DNA of 63,858 bases, the filler included, from Lenisia limosa (taxonomy: Eukaryota; Protista; Breviatea): NCBI GenBank assembly GCA_001655205.1. It is 13 parts of 13 records of this genome, joined end to end, with 100 filler letters (N's around TTAATTAATTAA, not from the genome) between each part and the next. Parts side by side here need not be neighbours in the genome. Positions count along the whole stretch, not along the records: positions 20,881 to 37,783 come from LPNZ01001690.1; 12 more parts are not named here. One strand, given 5' to 3'. Position numbers and translations under genes: made by a program. Within the stretch, counting starts at the first letter, position 1; every line of letters begins with the position of its first letter. Shown piece by piece: positions 24,101 through 37,038 of the stretch. The notes under the pieces were generated by a model. The model had not been told where the DNA came from. It saw only the letters and a list, made by a program, of their open reading frames with translations, and searched no databases.

Positions 24101-27100
24101 GATGACCCAATTGCGTCCCATATTATGCTTCAAAAAATACCAAAAGCTTCATTTCTTGTCGAGCTAACAGCTAGCGGAAACTACACTTTTTATGACCTGG
24201 AGTTTGGAGACAAGAGTGCTGTAACAATTTTATTAGCAGCGTTTAATGATATCAATGGGATTACATGGCGTGGCGAACTACATTCCAAACTCTACTTTGA
24301 CAATATTCTGTTTTCAGCGGAGGTACTGGTATCAAGTGAAGAAAATGATCCAACAAGCATCATTCTGAAAACAGATGGAGTTGAAAGCTTCGGTAATGTA
24401 ATTTTCCGCCACAATTTTGCAGTAAACATTGTGGTTGACCATGGTAACATTCATGGATGTGGCGAAGGATTGTGTAACTTCCATCTTCTTGATCCTCAGA
24501 ATCCAAGTTATTTCCTTTTAGAGGGAGAAGGTTTATTGAATGCATGCTGGAGTGCAGGAGTTGGAATGAATTACTCATTTGTTGGCGACTTCCCTGAGCT
24601 ATATATGGGCTCTGTAAAAGTAGAAAACTTAACGGCTGAAATGAGTGGTTTTCGGTCATTTAAAAACGAATCAAACTCTTTTTGGATGGGAGATATTACT
24701 GGAACTGCCGAGAGCTCGGGCTTCCTTCTCTCAGGAAAAGCTGCTTTTGACTCAACAAAGTCTGATAAAGATGCATTAGAGTATTCTCTTGCGTTTGTTG
24801 GTGAGAACACATGGGGACCTTTGTCAGTTGAAGCAGACCTTTTGTATGACCCTCTCTGTTCTGAGAGTATTTGTCAAGGTGGATCTGTCGGGATTCATCT
24901 GAATTTTGGATCGGGGACAGCATTCTCGCTGGATGGCAACTTACAATTTTTCTGTGGACTTAACGAGATAAGAAACCTCCCCCAGTATGTCATCACTGCT
25001 CATTCTACCTCAACCTGGGACTTTACAGATGCCTACAGCGATGTAGGTTTGGGAAATTTCGAAGCTTGTTTTGTACTTTGTGTCATTATCACTGTTTTTT
25101 GTGAATTTTTAACAGTTTTTTGATGTTGCTTATAACCAATATGCTGATATACATATATGCATATATATTCCCCGTAAGATGCAGAATTAGTATTTCTGAA
25201 GTAGTGTAATGTCTTTGATTTAAAATAATTATTCAGGCCGTTCCTATTCTATCTGCAGCGGCCATCCAAGTATTAGGCTACCCAATGGAAGATTCTAGTG
25301 TGCTGTGGATTGGTGAGATTACAGGCGATGGACATTGGCTTGGTGCATTTGCAGAGGCTACGATGTTTTTCAGGTTTAATGAGTATCCGACCAAAGGAAT
25401 CGCTGATAATTCAACCGGTTTCAACATTGATTATTGGATGGTTTCCTTTGAATTCCATGAGCAATGGGGTAGCATGAGTCACTTTTACTTGGATGTTGAC
25501 GCCAAGTTTAAAGTTGCGCAACCTTGTCAGCCTGACCTTAGCATTAATTCTGGAAACATGGCGATTTCAATGTCATATGGCTTTCGCACTCTTAAACTTG
25601 ATTCTTCGGTCGTATATAACTGCAGGTAAGGTTTTCGTCCCATTACCATTTTTGGTCTCTTTTTCATAGTGTATTTCACTGATTATTTGTAGCGCCGGCG
25701 CCACTGATATTTTCGTCATTGACAGTGTTTTGGATACACAAGTTATTGCTGATGGACTCGTCGCAAACGGTGATATTATTCTGTCTCTTGTGGGGTCCCG
25801 AGTCAACTCATCAACTCCTGCAATCCAAGGTAAGAAGTAAAACTTTTTTTCTGACAATTTTAGCTATAGATAGTCTTGCTTGGTCTGGTAGTATCACCGC
25901 AGAAGTCAACTGGAGGACCTTTTCTAATGTTGCTGTTCTTGTTGAGTTTGCTGTTGGCCAAAGAGAGGAATTTCTTTCAACTCGCATCCATGTTGTTGTT
26001 CATGAGACAGCAGGCCCTGTGTCTCTTGCTTCTCAGCTCTTTATTGAATACCCTTGTCACCCTACACATCCATCTGTGGGAGATATTGAAGTAAGTCTTG
26101 ACGTTGAAGATGAGAAAATGTTTTTTATTGGTAGCATGCTGTATAACTGTGATCTGACGAATGAGAAAGCATTCATTGCAAATGTTAATGCTTCTAACAT
26201 TGTACTTGGAGATATAGTTATTCCTAAAGTTTCAGCAGACCTGATTGTGTCACGTCGTTGGCTTCCAGGTCCAGGAAAACGGACTGACAGCCAGCTTTCT
26301 GGGAACCGTGATGGAAACACACACGAAGAGTTCGGTTATCTTTTTGTTGCAAATGGATATGCTGATTTTGATGGAACAAATGTTACCATTCAAGCTAATA
26401 TTACGAGAGAGCCAAACCAAAATGTGAAGTGGAACGCTTTGGTTGAAGTTGATACAGAATGGAACTGGGGTCCAGTCCAGTTCTTTGGCTCAATGTCTAT
26501 CCCCCTTCCTTGCACTGTCCTTTCTCAAACAGCAGAGGGCAATTTGATTATTACTCTTCCTTCTCAAATGAATGCCACCTTTGAAGCTGTAGCAGAGCAT
26601 CGCTGCGCTACCAATTCTTGGAAGTTTACCGCAAAGGCCAGTGCACCTTATGTTATTGATGTTAATCTTCCGGAGGTTTATAATCTCACTGCTGAGATCC
26701 TTGGAGAACCAATGGAAGGAGAAATGGTTTGGCAAGTATCACTCTTTGGTGATGTGTACTGGGAAGTAATAGGGATGCATGTTGAAGTTCAGACAACGTT
26801 TAAGTATAATAAGCCGCTGGGATTCAACAACTTTGCTTCCAAAATTATTGCTCATGAAGACCAACAGTGGGTTACAAATGGTCTTGAGTTTGGTCTAAGG
26901 GGAGACTTCTATACCACAGTTCCATGTGTCGATAGGCTGGATGTCAATTTAGATTTTTATGCCATATATGGAACACAATTATCCGTTGTTGGTGATAATA
27001 TAGTCATCCTACACCCCTGTAACGTAACAGAAACCAACCCTGAAACTTGGTTTGTTAACGGTCATTTGGCTGTAGACCTCGATCTCTTCCAGGGAACACC

Positions 27101-30100
27101 TTATCATATTGACTCTTCATCAAATATATTCGTTTCTGCCATCGGTTCTCAAGACTTTACAAGAAATGATACTTTGATTTGGACAGGCAAGGCGAATTTC
27201 ACGGAAAATATTGAGTTTCCCAAAGGCATCACTTCCTCAGCTGATGTCTCATTGACCTTTACAACAGACCCAATTGCACCGCACCCAGTATCTGTTGATG
27301 CCTATGTTTCTGCCCATGGTGGCGATGGCATTGTTTCATTTGATACCGATTTTGAACTGTATCTTCCCTGTGATGGTGCTCATTCAATACAGTCAGGTAA
27401 GATGACGCTTAACCTCGATGTGAGTGTTGCAACACCGCCCACCCTCGGAGCTATGGTAGAAGTTCTGTATCATTGTAATACCTCTGACCCCATTGAGTGG
27501 GAGGTACAATCAAAAGTCCTTGGCAACAACATTGAAATGTATGGTTTGACTCTTGAGACCGTTCTTCTTGAGACAACACGTTATCGTCTTCCAGAAGCCC
27601 ACTGGGCTGGTCACTTTGAGTCTGCACTCAACTTCGCTGGTTTTGACGTTGATTCCACAATAAATTTCAATACTTCAAGTTCATCACATCCTTTTGATCT
27701 TGTAATCAATGCTACTGGAAGTCACTTTTGGCCAAGTATTCAACTCGATCTTGACTTACACTTCGTTTACCCATACCCCCCAGGTATGAGTTGGAACCTA
27801 GTGGGTACTGCTGATTTAGGCTTTGCAATCCCTGTGATTGATAAAACACTGGCTGTGACCGTTTCTGTAGAAAACAACCAAATTGGTGACTGGAGATTAA
27901 ACGGTACTATTGAACAATTCCAACCCCTTCAATTCCTTGACCCTATTGAAGCTGGATTTTCTTTGACAGGGGAACATGATGACTCTGGTAAAATGGGGTG
28001 GAACACCACCATTCACTTTAACACTTTCTGGAAGGCAGTTGGTTTGAATCCCCATGTTCAGCACGCAATTTCACTTTTTAAATCGAAAGGAACCCAAAAC
28101 CCTGATGACTTTACCCCAAATGACCCAGATGATCGTCGCCGCATCCCAGATTTTGGTTTATCAAGTATTCTTGGAGACTTGAAACTTAAACGTAAATTTG
28201 GAGATCCATCTACATGTGAAATTGACGTGGATCTTTCCACAACAACAGACCTACCCTGTAAAATAATTCCAATCCAAGGAGATATTATTATCAGCTTCGC
28301 TGGAGCCTCTCCTCTAAATATTACAACGGATGTTACTTTTTACTGTGAAACTCAACCCGCAAACATGATTGGGTCATCAACAAAGTATATGAAAGTCTGG
28401 GACATAGACATTTCGCTTTCTAAAGACTGGGCTATCTTCAGCGATCTGACTTTAGAAACGGATCTTCACATCAATGCAACTGGCTTAAGAGAAAAGGGTG
28501 TCAATGACACTTCACTTGATTGGATTGGCGATGTTCATGGAAAAGGAGCTCTTCCATACTTCGGTGAAATTGATGCATATATCGGTTTCAATACAATTTC
28601 AAACAAATCGGCTACACTTTATGTTTCATGGAATAGCTATGTTGATCTTGGTGACATTGGTCATGCTCAAGCAAACCTTGAATTTTACTATCCGTGTAGC
28701 AATAACACAATGTTAAAGGGAGAAGGAGAGGTTTCACTTGATCTTCATGGTCAATCGGCTGTTGTCACGGTTGACATTCAAAAATCTTGCGGAAAACAAC
28801 TTGTTACTTTTGATGGAAAAATCGATGGAACCATGACTTTCTTCGGAATTACTTTACAAGATGTCAATATTGGTCTGATCTTGGAAGGCGAGGGTTACAA
28901 GATATGGAATGGCTCTCTCAGCGGCTCTTTAAGTGTATGTTTGGGAGCTTGTTTTATTTCCTTCAATAAGTTAGGTACAATTTATATAGTATACTAATTT
29001 GTTTTAGGTTGGAGGGGTTTCTGCAGCCGGGCTCATCAAGTTGGATAATCATGGAATTCATGAATTTGGTATCACTCTTACTGTCGAAACCAAACATGTT
29101 GATCTAGAAGTAAGCTCTTGGTCCCCCAGTTTCCTTTAACACTGTAGATATCATTTAGCCGTGAACAATACACTGCAACTGATATTGGCGTTGCTAGTAT
29201 CAGCGTCATAGACCTTGGTCCGATCAAAAACTTCAGAGGGGACTTCCGTTTTGAAGGGACAAGAGATTTGAGTTCTTGGACGGTTGACGGGGTTGTTTCT
29301 GACATGGAAATCTTCCTTGGAAGCCACGCCAGAATCAACCTCTCTGCAATTGTAAAGATTCAACGCGATACGACTGGGAAGTTGACTATCACAGTTACTG
29401 GAACTGTTGGTGAGATTATTTTACATGATGTCCATAATATATTTATTTTTTTTTGACAATTTTAGGTTAAGGACACTAATCTTCGAGTTCTAGTTGCCGC
29501 CGAAATTACTCAAAATGGATTCGAAGGATTGACGATTGAGGCCTTTTACGACTCGGAAAGTGGACTTTTTGACTGCATCAGCAGTGTTTCTACTGGTATC
29601 ACACCGGGTTCTGGCGAGATAAGTGCAACTGGTGAAGGAAGTTCAATGGCATCAGGCTTAAGTTCTGTCAGGGTAAAGCATGTTGTTCTCCGTATCTATA
29701 TTGGATACACTTCGTCTGGATCCAGTGTGACCTCAAAGAGGGTGTTCAACCCATTGATTGAAGCAGATATTGCCGTCACAGTTGGTGGATTTTAAAATCT
29801 TAACAGCATGGTATAACATATGTATATATGTGCTTCAATCCATTTATGATCTTCACCATAAGCTACACTATATTATATCCATTTCTAATGGACATAATAA
29901 GCTACAACATGCAACCTAGATAGAAATATGTGATCATTTTGTCTCACACAATTAGGCATTCAACCTTGATGCAGCACTTGGCCTTCAGTTCAAAAAAGGA
30001 GCTGAAAGCAAGTGGCTTTTCACAATAGCACTTGCCCTTGAAGGTGATCTCTCAAAAACGTTGGTTGTGTGATTTTTGTTTTTGACTTTTAAAAGTTGTA

Positions 30101-33100
30101 TATTAACACTAACTTAAAAATAGCGGTATGGGTGCGATCAGTCTTATCGAGAGAGTTGGCGAAATGGCGCAGTTTTATGTTGCCTTCTCCACCCAAGATA
30201 CAACAATCAAGTTTAATATGAAAGACCTATTCGTTGGAAAGGTATGTTTTGCTGATATCATTGGGATTGTTTATTATTTTAGGGACTTTCTCTTGTTGCC
30301 CGACTCAGTGATAATAATAGCAAAGTTCAAGAGGGCACCGAAAACCTGAGTGCTGGTAACACAAACTCTAGTGGTTCTGATGAAGATAATGCTATGAAAG
30401 GTTTGCTTTTGTATATCTGAAGGGAATGGCGGTTTTAATCATAATTTATAGTTTCTCTTTGTAGCAAGGTCATCACACTGTTTAGAGAATCTTCTCGCTA
30501 CTAAAAATAGTGAAACAGGCCTCTACGCCGTGGCGCGAATAGAGAGCTTGACCAAAATGTATGTTCGCTGCGAGCTTGCCATGGCCAAAACTACTTCGAA
30601 CTCGCCAGGCCTTTCTTTCCGTTCCATGACGTTTTTGTTAAACATTGATGGCGCCAGTGTTGAACTTGGTTAGTGGTAATCATTTGAATTATGTTAACGC
30701 CTTTCCAGGAATGGCTGTTAGCATGGACCTGACCGTTAGCCAACCCCAAGGAAATAAAAATTTCTTACTTACAACAACTGTTACGTTTACCCTTGGCGTT
30801 TCTGGTCCTGTTCTCAATATGGGTGTTGACTTAACAGCCTTACGTAAGCATGAATATTGCAATTGCTGTAATACAAATACTTTGACCTTCTAAGTCTCCT
30901 GAAATAACATAATTTTTGGTTGGATGTTATTAGTCTAACCCCTTTAGCTGGTGACTCACGCCTTTGGGAGAACCCTGGAGGCATTTCCAAGCACGTAGCT
31001 ATCAAGGTCCCAATGAGTTTCTTTATTGGCTTCAACTTAGCAGGTGAGAAGGCATAATTTGGCTCAAAGGAATTAATATTTCTCTAACAACTGCAGCAAG
31101 CGGAACACCGAGCCGATTCGGATTTATTGCCGACCTTGTTATCTTAACGGGTAACTGTGAGATACCGTCTCTCCCCTCAGGCTCTTCCGACCTTGATTTT
31201 GATGGAAACCTTGAAGCAGGAGCTGCACTTCTCATTGACGCTACCAAACAACAATACGCATTCTGGGGTGTAATACGCAACTTTGACTTGAACAATTTAT
31301 TGCGACTCTTTGGCCTTGGTGACACCTTCGGTGACTTTGGTGCTATCCTATTCAATATTCAGCTTGGTCGCCTTGAATTGAACGTCAATCTTGGTGTTTC
31401 CGAAGTAACCATCCCAACAATGGACAACAGTGGTGTTGCTCACAGATTCCCTCCCGGTATTCAGTTTGAGATTGAGAACTTAAATCTTTGGGACATTTTC
31501 AAGGTTCAATATGTAACTATCAAAGCACTTCCCACCAAGGGGGAAGTATCTGGTAAAGGTGAACTCGCTCCTCTCAAAATTGGAAGTGCATTCAAACTTG
31601 GAATGTTGGAAGAAAATTACCATTGTAACTTTGAAAGAGGCCTCTCTTTTGACTTGTACCTTTCCAAAAATGTTGGTGATATTCATTTCAAAGTAAATGG
31701 ATGCATCCAATTCCTGGGCACAAAAATTGGTGCAAATTTAAGTATTGCACCATCAACTATTGATGTTGACTTTACTTTCACTATTTCGAGCTTCTATCTC
31801 ACTGCCTCAATTAAATTCCCGAACCCTGCAACCGGAGCCATTAGTGGTAATCTTGAAGGTGAACTCATGCTTGCCCTCGGGCGTGACATTGAAAATGCTG
31901 CCATTGAGGACTCCAAAAATACTGTAAAACAGCCCGCTGAAGAGATACACCGACAGTATGAAGACGCAGAAAGAGACGTGATTGAAGCAAAGAAGAAGGC
32001 TTCTGAAGCTGAGCAAGAAATGAATAATCATAATAACAAAAGGAGCCACGTATCTAGTCTTCGGGATGACCATTCACTTGTTCTATATAGAAGGTGGGGC
32101 TTCTTTAAAAAGATTGGAAAGGCATGTTCTAAAGTAGTATCTGGAGCAGCTAAGTTTGTTGTGGACAGCTTCAAAGAACTTGCCAATAAGCTCAAATCTG
32201 CTTGGAACTATGCAGTGGCAGCGATTGAAAAAGCAGTCAACAAATTCGGCCCTCTTAAATTTATTGTTGACAAACTCGCTGGATTGGTAAAGGGAATCTT
32301 GAACTTCTTGTCGAGTCTTATCTCCATCAACCGACTGGAGATCCGTGATACCTTCTCTGACTCCAAAAATGAATTCCACATATTTTTTGATGGGAAAATA
32401 CTGTCTAAACCAGTAAAATTTGATTTCACAATTGCCATCGATTTTAAGAACATCGTTGGTTCAATTGTTGATTTTGTGAAGAGTACCTTGAAGTCGATTG
32501 CCTCTTCCTTCTTTAGAAGACGACGAGATGGGCTCCCATCAATTGACGAGAATTACGTTATTCGTGCTGAAGATCTTGTTGAAGATGGTGAGCTAAATCA
32601 AGAACGTGTCTGCGAAACCTTCTCCCGGTGTGCATATCCCTCTGCTGAAGTCTTCGACCTTGGATCAACTTCGGAGGATCATTCAGAAGATGACTACCTT
32701 TTCAATAACACGATGACCCCACCTGAGAAGCGACTTCATGGTCACCTTTGTCCAATGCTGTTTAATGTTGCTAGCAGTCATTTCTTTTTCGAAAACAACA
32801 ATTTCAATGGTAGTTTCCCTGACAACATTGGGGAAAATGGACTTGGTGACATTGTTAAAACTCTTCATTTTGGTGGTAATGACTTTTCGGGTCCAATCCC
32901 TGTTGCTTGGGGTGAGAGACTCACAAACCTCGAATGGTTAAGTCTTGAAGGTAATAGTGGAGTTGATGGCTCATTGTCGGTCTTAAAGAATATGAAGAAA
33001 TTACAGTATCTTAACATTGCCTCTACCTCTGTTGCCAGCAATGAAACAGAGCATATTTCGGAGGTATTTGCTGAAATGAAGGATCTCAGATTTATCAACC

Positions 33101-36100
33101 TGCAAAACACCGGTTTGCATTTGGAAAATACTCTAATGGTTGATAAGGCTGTTCATTCAGAATCCGTTCAAGGAGGTATTGCCATTAAGAAGAATATGAA
33201 GTTCTTCATGGGTGCTTGCGAGATGGATATGAGCGCTGTCAGTAGTTTTATCGAAAAGAAATGTGCCAATTCTGATGCTCTTGAAGCACTTAAGCTGTCT
33301 CTCCAGAAGGTAGCCCTTTCAGTTGTTTCTGAAGAGCTTCAAAAAGTGGTAAATATGACCGCAAGTCTATTGCGTTTTGCTCCTTATGACAATGATGTGA
33401 CACTTGTTACTTTCCGTGTTGACGTTTCATCAAGATCAAAGGATGTTGATTTCCGTGGAATTGCTGTCAAGCTTCGAAATCTCGACTCCCTAACTGTGAG
33501 TAAAGTGGAAGAAAAGAGTCCCGTCAGTAAAAATATTGATCAACTTCTTGATGAACTAACAAAATCAAACACTGAGTACTTCGAAGAAGATGCTGATATT
33601 GATGAAATTCTTGAGAGACATCACAATATTGCACATGCAGACACCTCACTTGATCTTGGTGATGAGGAGTTTGACGTTGTGTCAACAACTGCCATTAGTG
33701 TCCCATCCCCGGGACGCGTCGGTTATAAAGGACAAATTTTCTGTCCTCATGGTTGGATTCGTTATCAAAATCGTCAGCCTACTCCACAGCAACTTACTGC
33801 AAGTTTCTCAGCTGAAATTGACGACTTGTCAGCTGGAGAGTTAACTTCCTCTTCAATGTTTGACACTGTACCTTCATGTTTGCTATCAGAATCGTGTAAT
33901 AGCGACTGTGGTGTGCTTGTTGGTCTTGCTCAAGAAGTATGTGAAGGCTGGATAAATGATCTCCTTTCAGCACTTGATTGTGATATGGTTGTCCATGAAG
34001 TCAGAAGTATATGCACTGAGGATGCGTACAGAGAGTGTGGTCACGAAACCCTCGAACCATTCCTTCGCTATATTGACCAGTACCTTCCCAATCTACTTCC
34101 TACAATCAACCATGGAACAAAATCGGAAACTGTGTCAAGATCAGATCCGCTCAAGACAATATACGACACATCTATAGATCCTGTTGATAGATCCTCTCCT
34201 CCTGCCAATGCAACCTCTTATGAATGGACTTGTTTAACTCCAAATGGAATACCATGTCACAGCGATGCCCTTGTATCACTTGGCAACACTGCCACCCTTG
34301 ATCCACACATGCTTTATGAAACCAATGCTGGTGTCCCTTTCACAATCACAATGACTGTCTACGTTGCATCTCGCTCTGCCAAATCTGTGTTAAATATCTT
34401 TGTCAAACCTGCAGGTGAAATGGTTGGAAATGGAATTTGGTGGATTGAAGCTCCCAACGCAATTAACCCTGCTCAAACAGCTATAAGCTTCCAAGTTGGT
34501 GGAGCAACGGAAAAGGTCATTTGGTCAAATCCTATGGTTCAACCTTTCATGTGTAGCCATTTACGCTTTGAAGAAAATAAGCCCGAACTTGGAACTTCAA
34601 TTTTCGGAGAAAACCATGAGTTTGCTGGAGTGTCCTCAGACATGGTAATCTATGGCTGCACTTACACTGTTCAAGCGGAATGTGGTGGAAGATCTATCGA
34701 GATTACTTTCAAAACTTCTTCCCGTCCGATTGTCGGCGAATATCCAATTGACTTGATTGAAGCGACCGATGATGATGCGGGTATTGCGGCGTGGGCATAC
34801 ATCAACCCATCTAACTGGATTGGGGACAACACTGCAACATGGTCTTTGAGTCTTAATCTAGTTTTCCGATTTGCTATTAAAACTGGTGATGACCTGACAA
34901 CTGTTGCTGTGAGAAAGTCTGCTACACCTGACATCACTCTTCCTCTTCCATTTGACCGTAATTCTACAACACTGGTCATCACCGCAGCTGACAGTGTTGG
35001 TACAGAAACGTCAGTTGAAGTGACAATCACCCATCCACAAATATCAGCGCCAGTTGGTCGCCTAACAACTCCAGACGCTTTCATAAAAACCATGATTCGT
35101 AAAGCACCAGTTATTGACCGTGCAACCGTAATGAAGTCAATCAACTTCTTTTCAGCTGTTGGTCTTCTTGACCAAGATTCAATTGACTGTGAACGAGATG
35201 GTGAGGCTATAGAAATGCTTGTTAACTACGTTGTTGAACTTCTTCCCCTCTTTGACGACTCGTCTCTGTTTTCTCCTTTCTCTGAAAAATTACTATCTTC
35301 GATCACTCAAAAAGCTGTTATTTGTCCTTCTGGTACTAACTCAGACATTATACAAACCATGATACTTCACTCGGCTAAAATAAATACACATACCCCTTCT
35401 TCAATATTGTCAGCTAAAGGGGCTGCTCTTGATTCTCTTCAGATCTTAGCTTCTCTTGGTGATACCAAGAAGCATCCTTTTGCAAACGCTGCACGTGAAG
35501 CAGTGAGACACACTGTTTTGACTGAGCTGAGCTTTTTGCCTCTTGGATTTGATGAAATCTCCCAAAGTGCCAATGGCATTGCCTACCACGCTGCCCGCGG
35601 GATTGGGGAAGCCACAACTTCAGTTGCTTCAATCAACCTCGGAAGTGGAAGTGCCCTCAAGAATTTCCCCGACTGCATTGCCGTCTTTGCGCTTGATTCA
35701 CCTACTGATTTCCCTGAGGGTGTCATTGGAACTTCATCAATCACTGCCACTGTGCATTCTTCTTTGTAGGAGGGAGAAACAATACTGTTCATCTTATCAA
35801 ACCTCACAAAAAGAAGTCGTACAATTTTTAAGATTTTCTACCACGTTTATTCATTGCTCTTACCCCTTTTCTAAACTTTCCTAGGTGCGTTGGCCAAGTT
35901 GACTTTGACGAGACTCCAATTCATGAATCTACTGAAGATGGCTCTCCCGAAATCACAATCGTTATTGGCGGTGGTGAAGGTGACTGTGTGTTCCTGAACA
36001 TCAGCAGCAATTCCTGGTCTTCTGAAGGTCTCATTAACCGAACTTCTTCGAATGATAAAACCACCTGTATCTGGTCCCATCTCACCGAATTTAACATTAA

Positions 36101-37038
36101 AAAGGTTTGTGCGGAAATGTAATGGTTTTCTTTATTTCCCAGCGTGAAGTAAATGATTTGGTTGAAGACAGTTCTGATGATGCTTTGATATCAACACAAA
36201 CAATCGCGTTTGGAGTGGCCGCTCTGGTAAGTCTAAAAAGTAAAACATTCCTCTTTTTTCAGAATTCTTCTTTCGCTATGAAAAAAACAACTAAGACAAT
36301 AAAAAAAGCCCTCTTGGAGAAGCTGTCCTCTCAAAACAATCCCCCCTATATTGCTCAGAAATTGGAAGTTTTCCCTTTATATTCCTAGGGCATAATGGCT
36401 GTTGCAGTTTCATTCGTTCTTCTGAAGAGTACTCCCAAAAAGGACAAAATAAAGTCCATAAAGGTTTGGGTCTCCTTCTTATGTTTATTAACTGTTTCAG
36501 GAACCGTCTTCATCTCCACAGAATTATGAAGCTGAGGTACTGAAGGGGGTAGAGATACCAAGTAAATATTCTTACACTTACGTCAACCAACCTTCTTAAT
36601 TCTGTCTCCTTCTTACGAAGACAGATGAACGAGAACAACAATGACACCAGCAATGAAGATCCTTCTATCAGGAATTATTCAGTTGGCTTTGGTTTTGACA
36701 TCAAAATCTTCAACAAAGTCTCACTTCCTCAGCCATCCCCTGTTGCGTCTTTATGTTCGGACTCGCCTCCATCCCCATCGACGCCTATTCCCGACTTTGA
36801 AGAAAATAGTGATGTTCAAGAACCATTGGCAGAAGTCCAGCCTGAGCTCATTCAAGCTGAAAGCTTGGAGATATACCAGGCCTCTGACGATGACAACAAC
36901 TCTGATGAATTGGTTGAAGTGATTGACGATTATTACCCGGAGGAAAAGTTGGAGGAACCAGATGTTGACGTTAATGTTGACGAGAAGGGAAGCAACAAAC
37001 ACATTAACGAAGATCTCTCCGACGATGAGAACAAATGA
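21155..37038 (+). CDS. Giant type-I membrane protein (~4,300 aa by my exon estimate): beta-repeats, amphipathic helices, LRR, REJ, GAIN/GPS, one TM, acidic tail
   Basis: Long ORFs 23834-25123, 25719-28997 and 31288-35769 are linked by short GT-AG introns; the junctions I checked are in phase. A signal-peptide-like stretch (HSLLLSASLFLFLGSTTA) lies near 21160, but the start is uncertain. The GPS motif is CVFLNISSNSWSSEG...TTCIWSHLTEF and the TM is IAFGVAAL|GIMAVAVSFVLL. Confidence 0.8.
32779..33110 (+). other. Plant-type LRR block within the giant protein
   Basis: FFENNNFNGSFP, LHFGGNDFSGPIP, LEWLSLEGNSGVDGSL and LQYLNIAST fit the LxxLxLxxNxLsGxIP consensus. Confidence 0.8.
34120..35040 (+). 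other. REJ (polycystin-1/receptor-for-egg-jelly) module
   Basis: SIDP...YEWTC...PC...TATLDP...FTITMTV...RSAKSVLNIFV and TLPLP...TLVITAADSVG resemble remembered REJ motifs. Confidence 0.65.
35980..36100 (+). other. GPS autoproteolysis motif (HL|T)
   Basis: DCVFLNISSNSWSSEGL...TTCIWSHLTEFNI lies just upstream of the TM-encoding exons. The second and fourth canonical cysteines are replaced (by L and W). Confidence 0.75.

Noticed and set aside
35700-35890. Stop-codon readthrough or true end of the 1493-aa ORF at TAG 35767-35769
   Set aside because: That TAG is the acceptor of a phase-1 intron (35720-35769). Splicing gives a continuous frame into the GPS exon.
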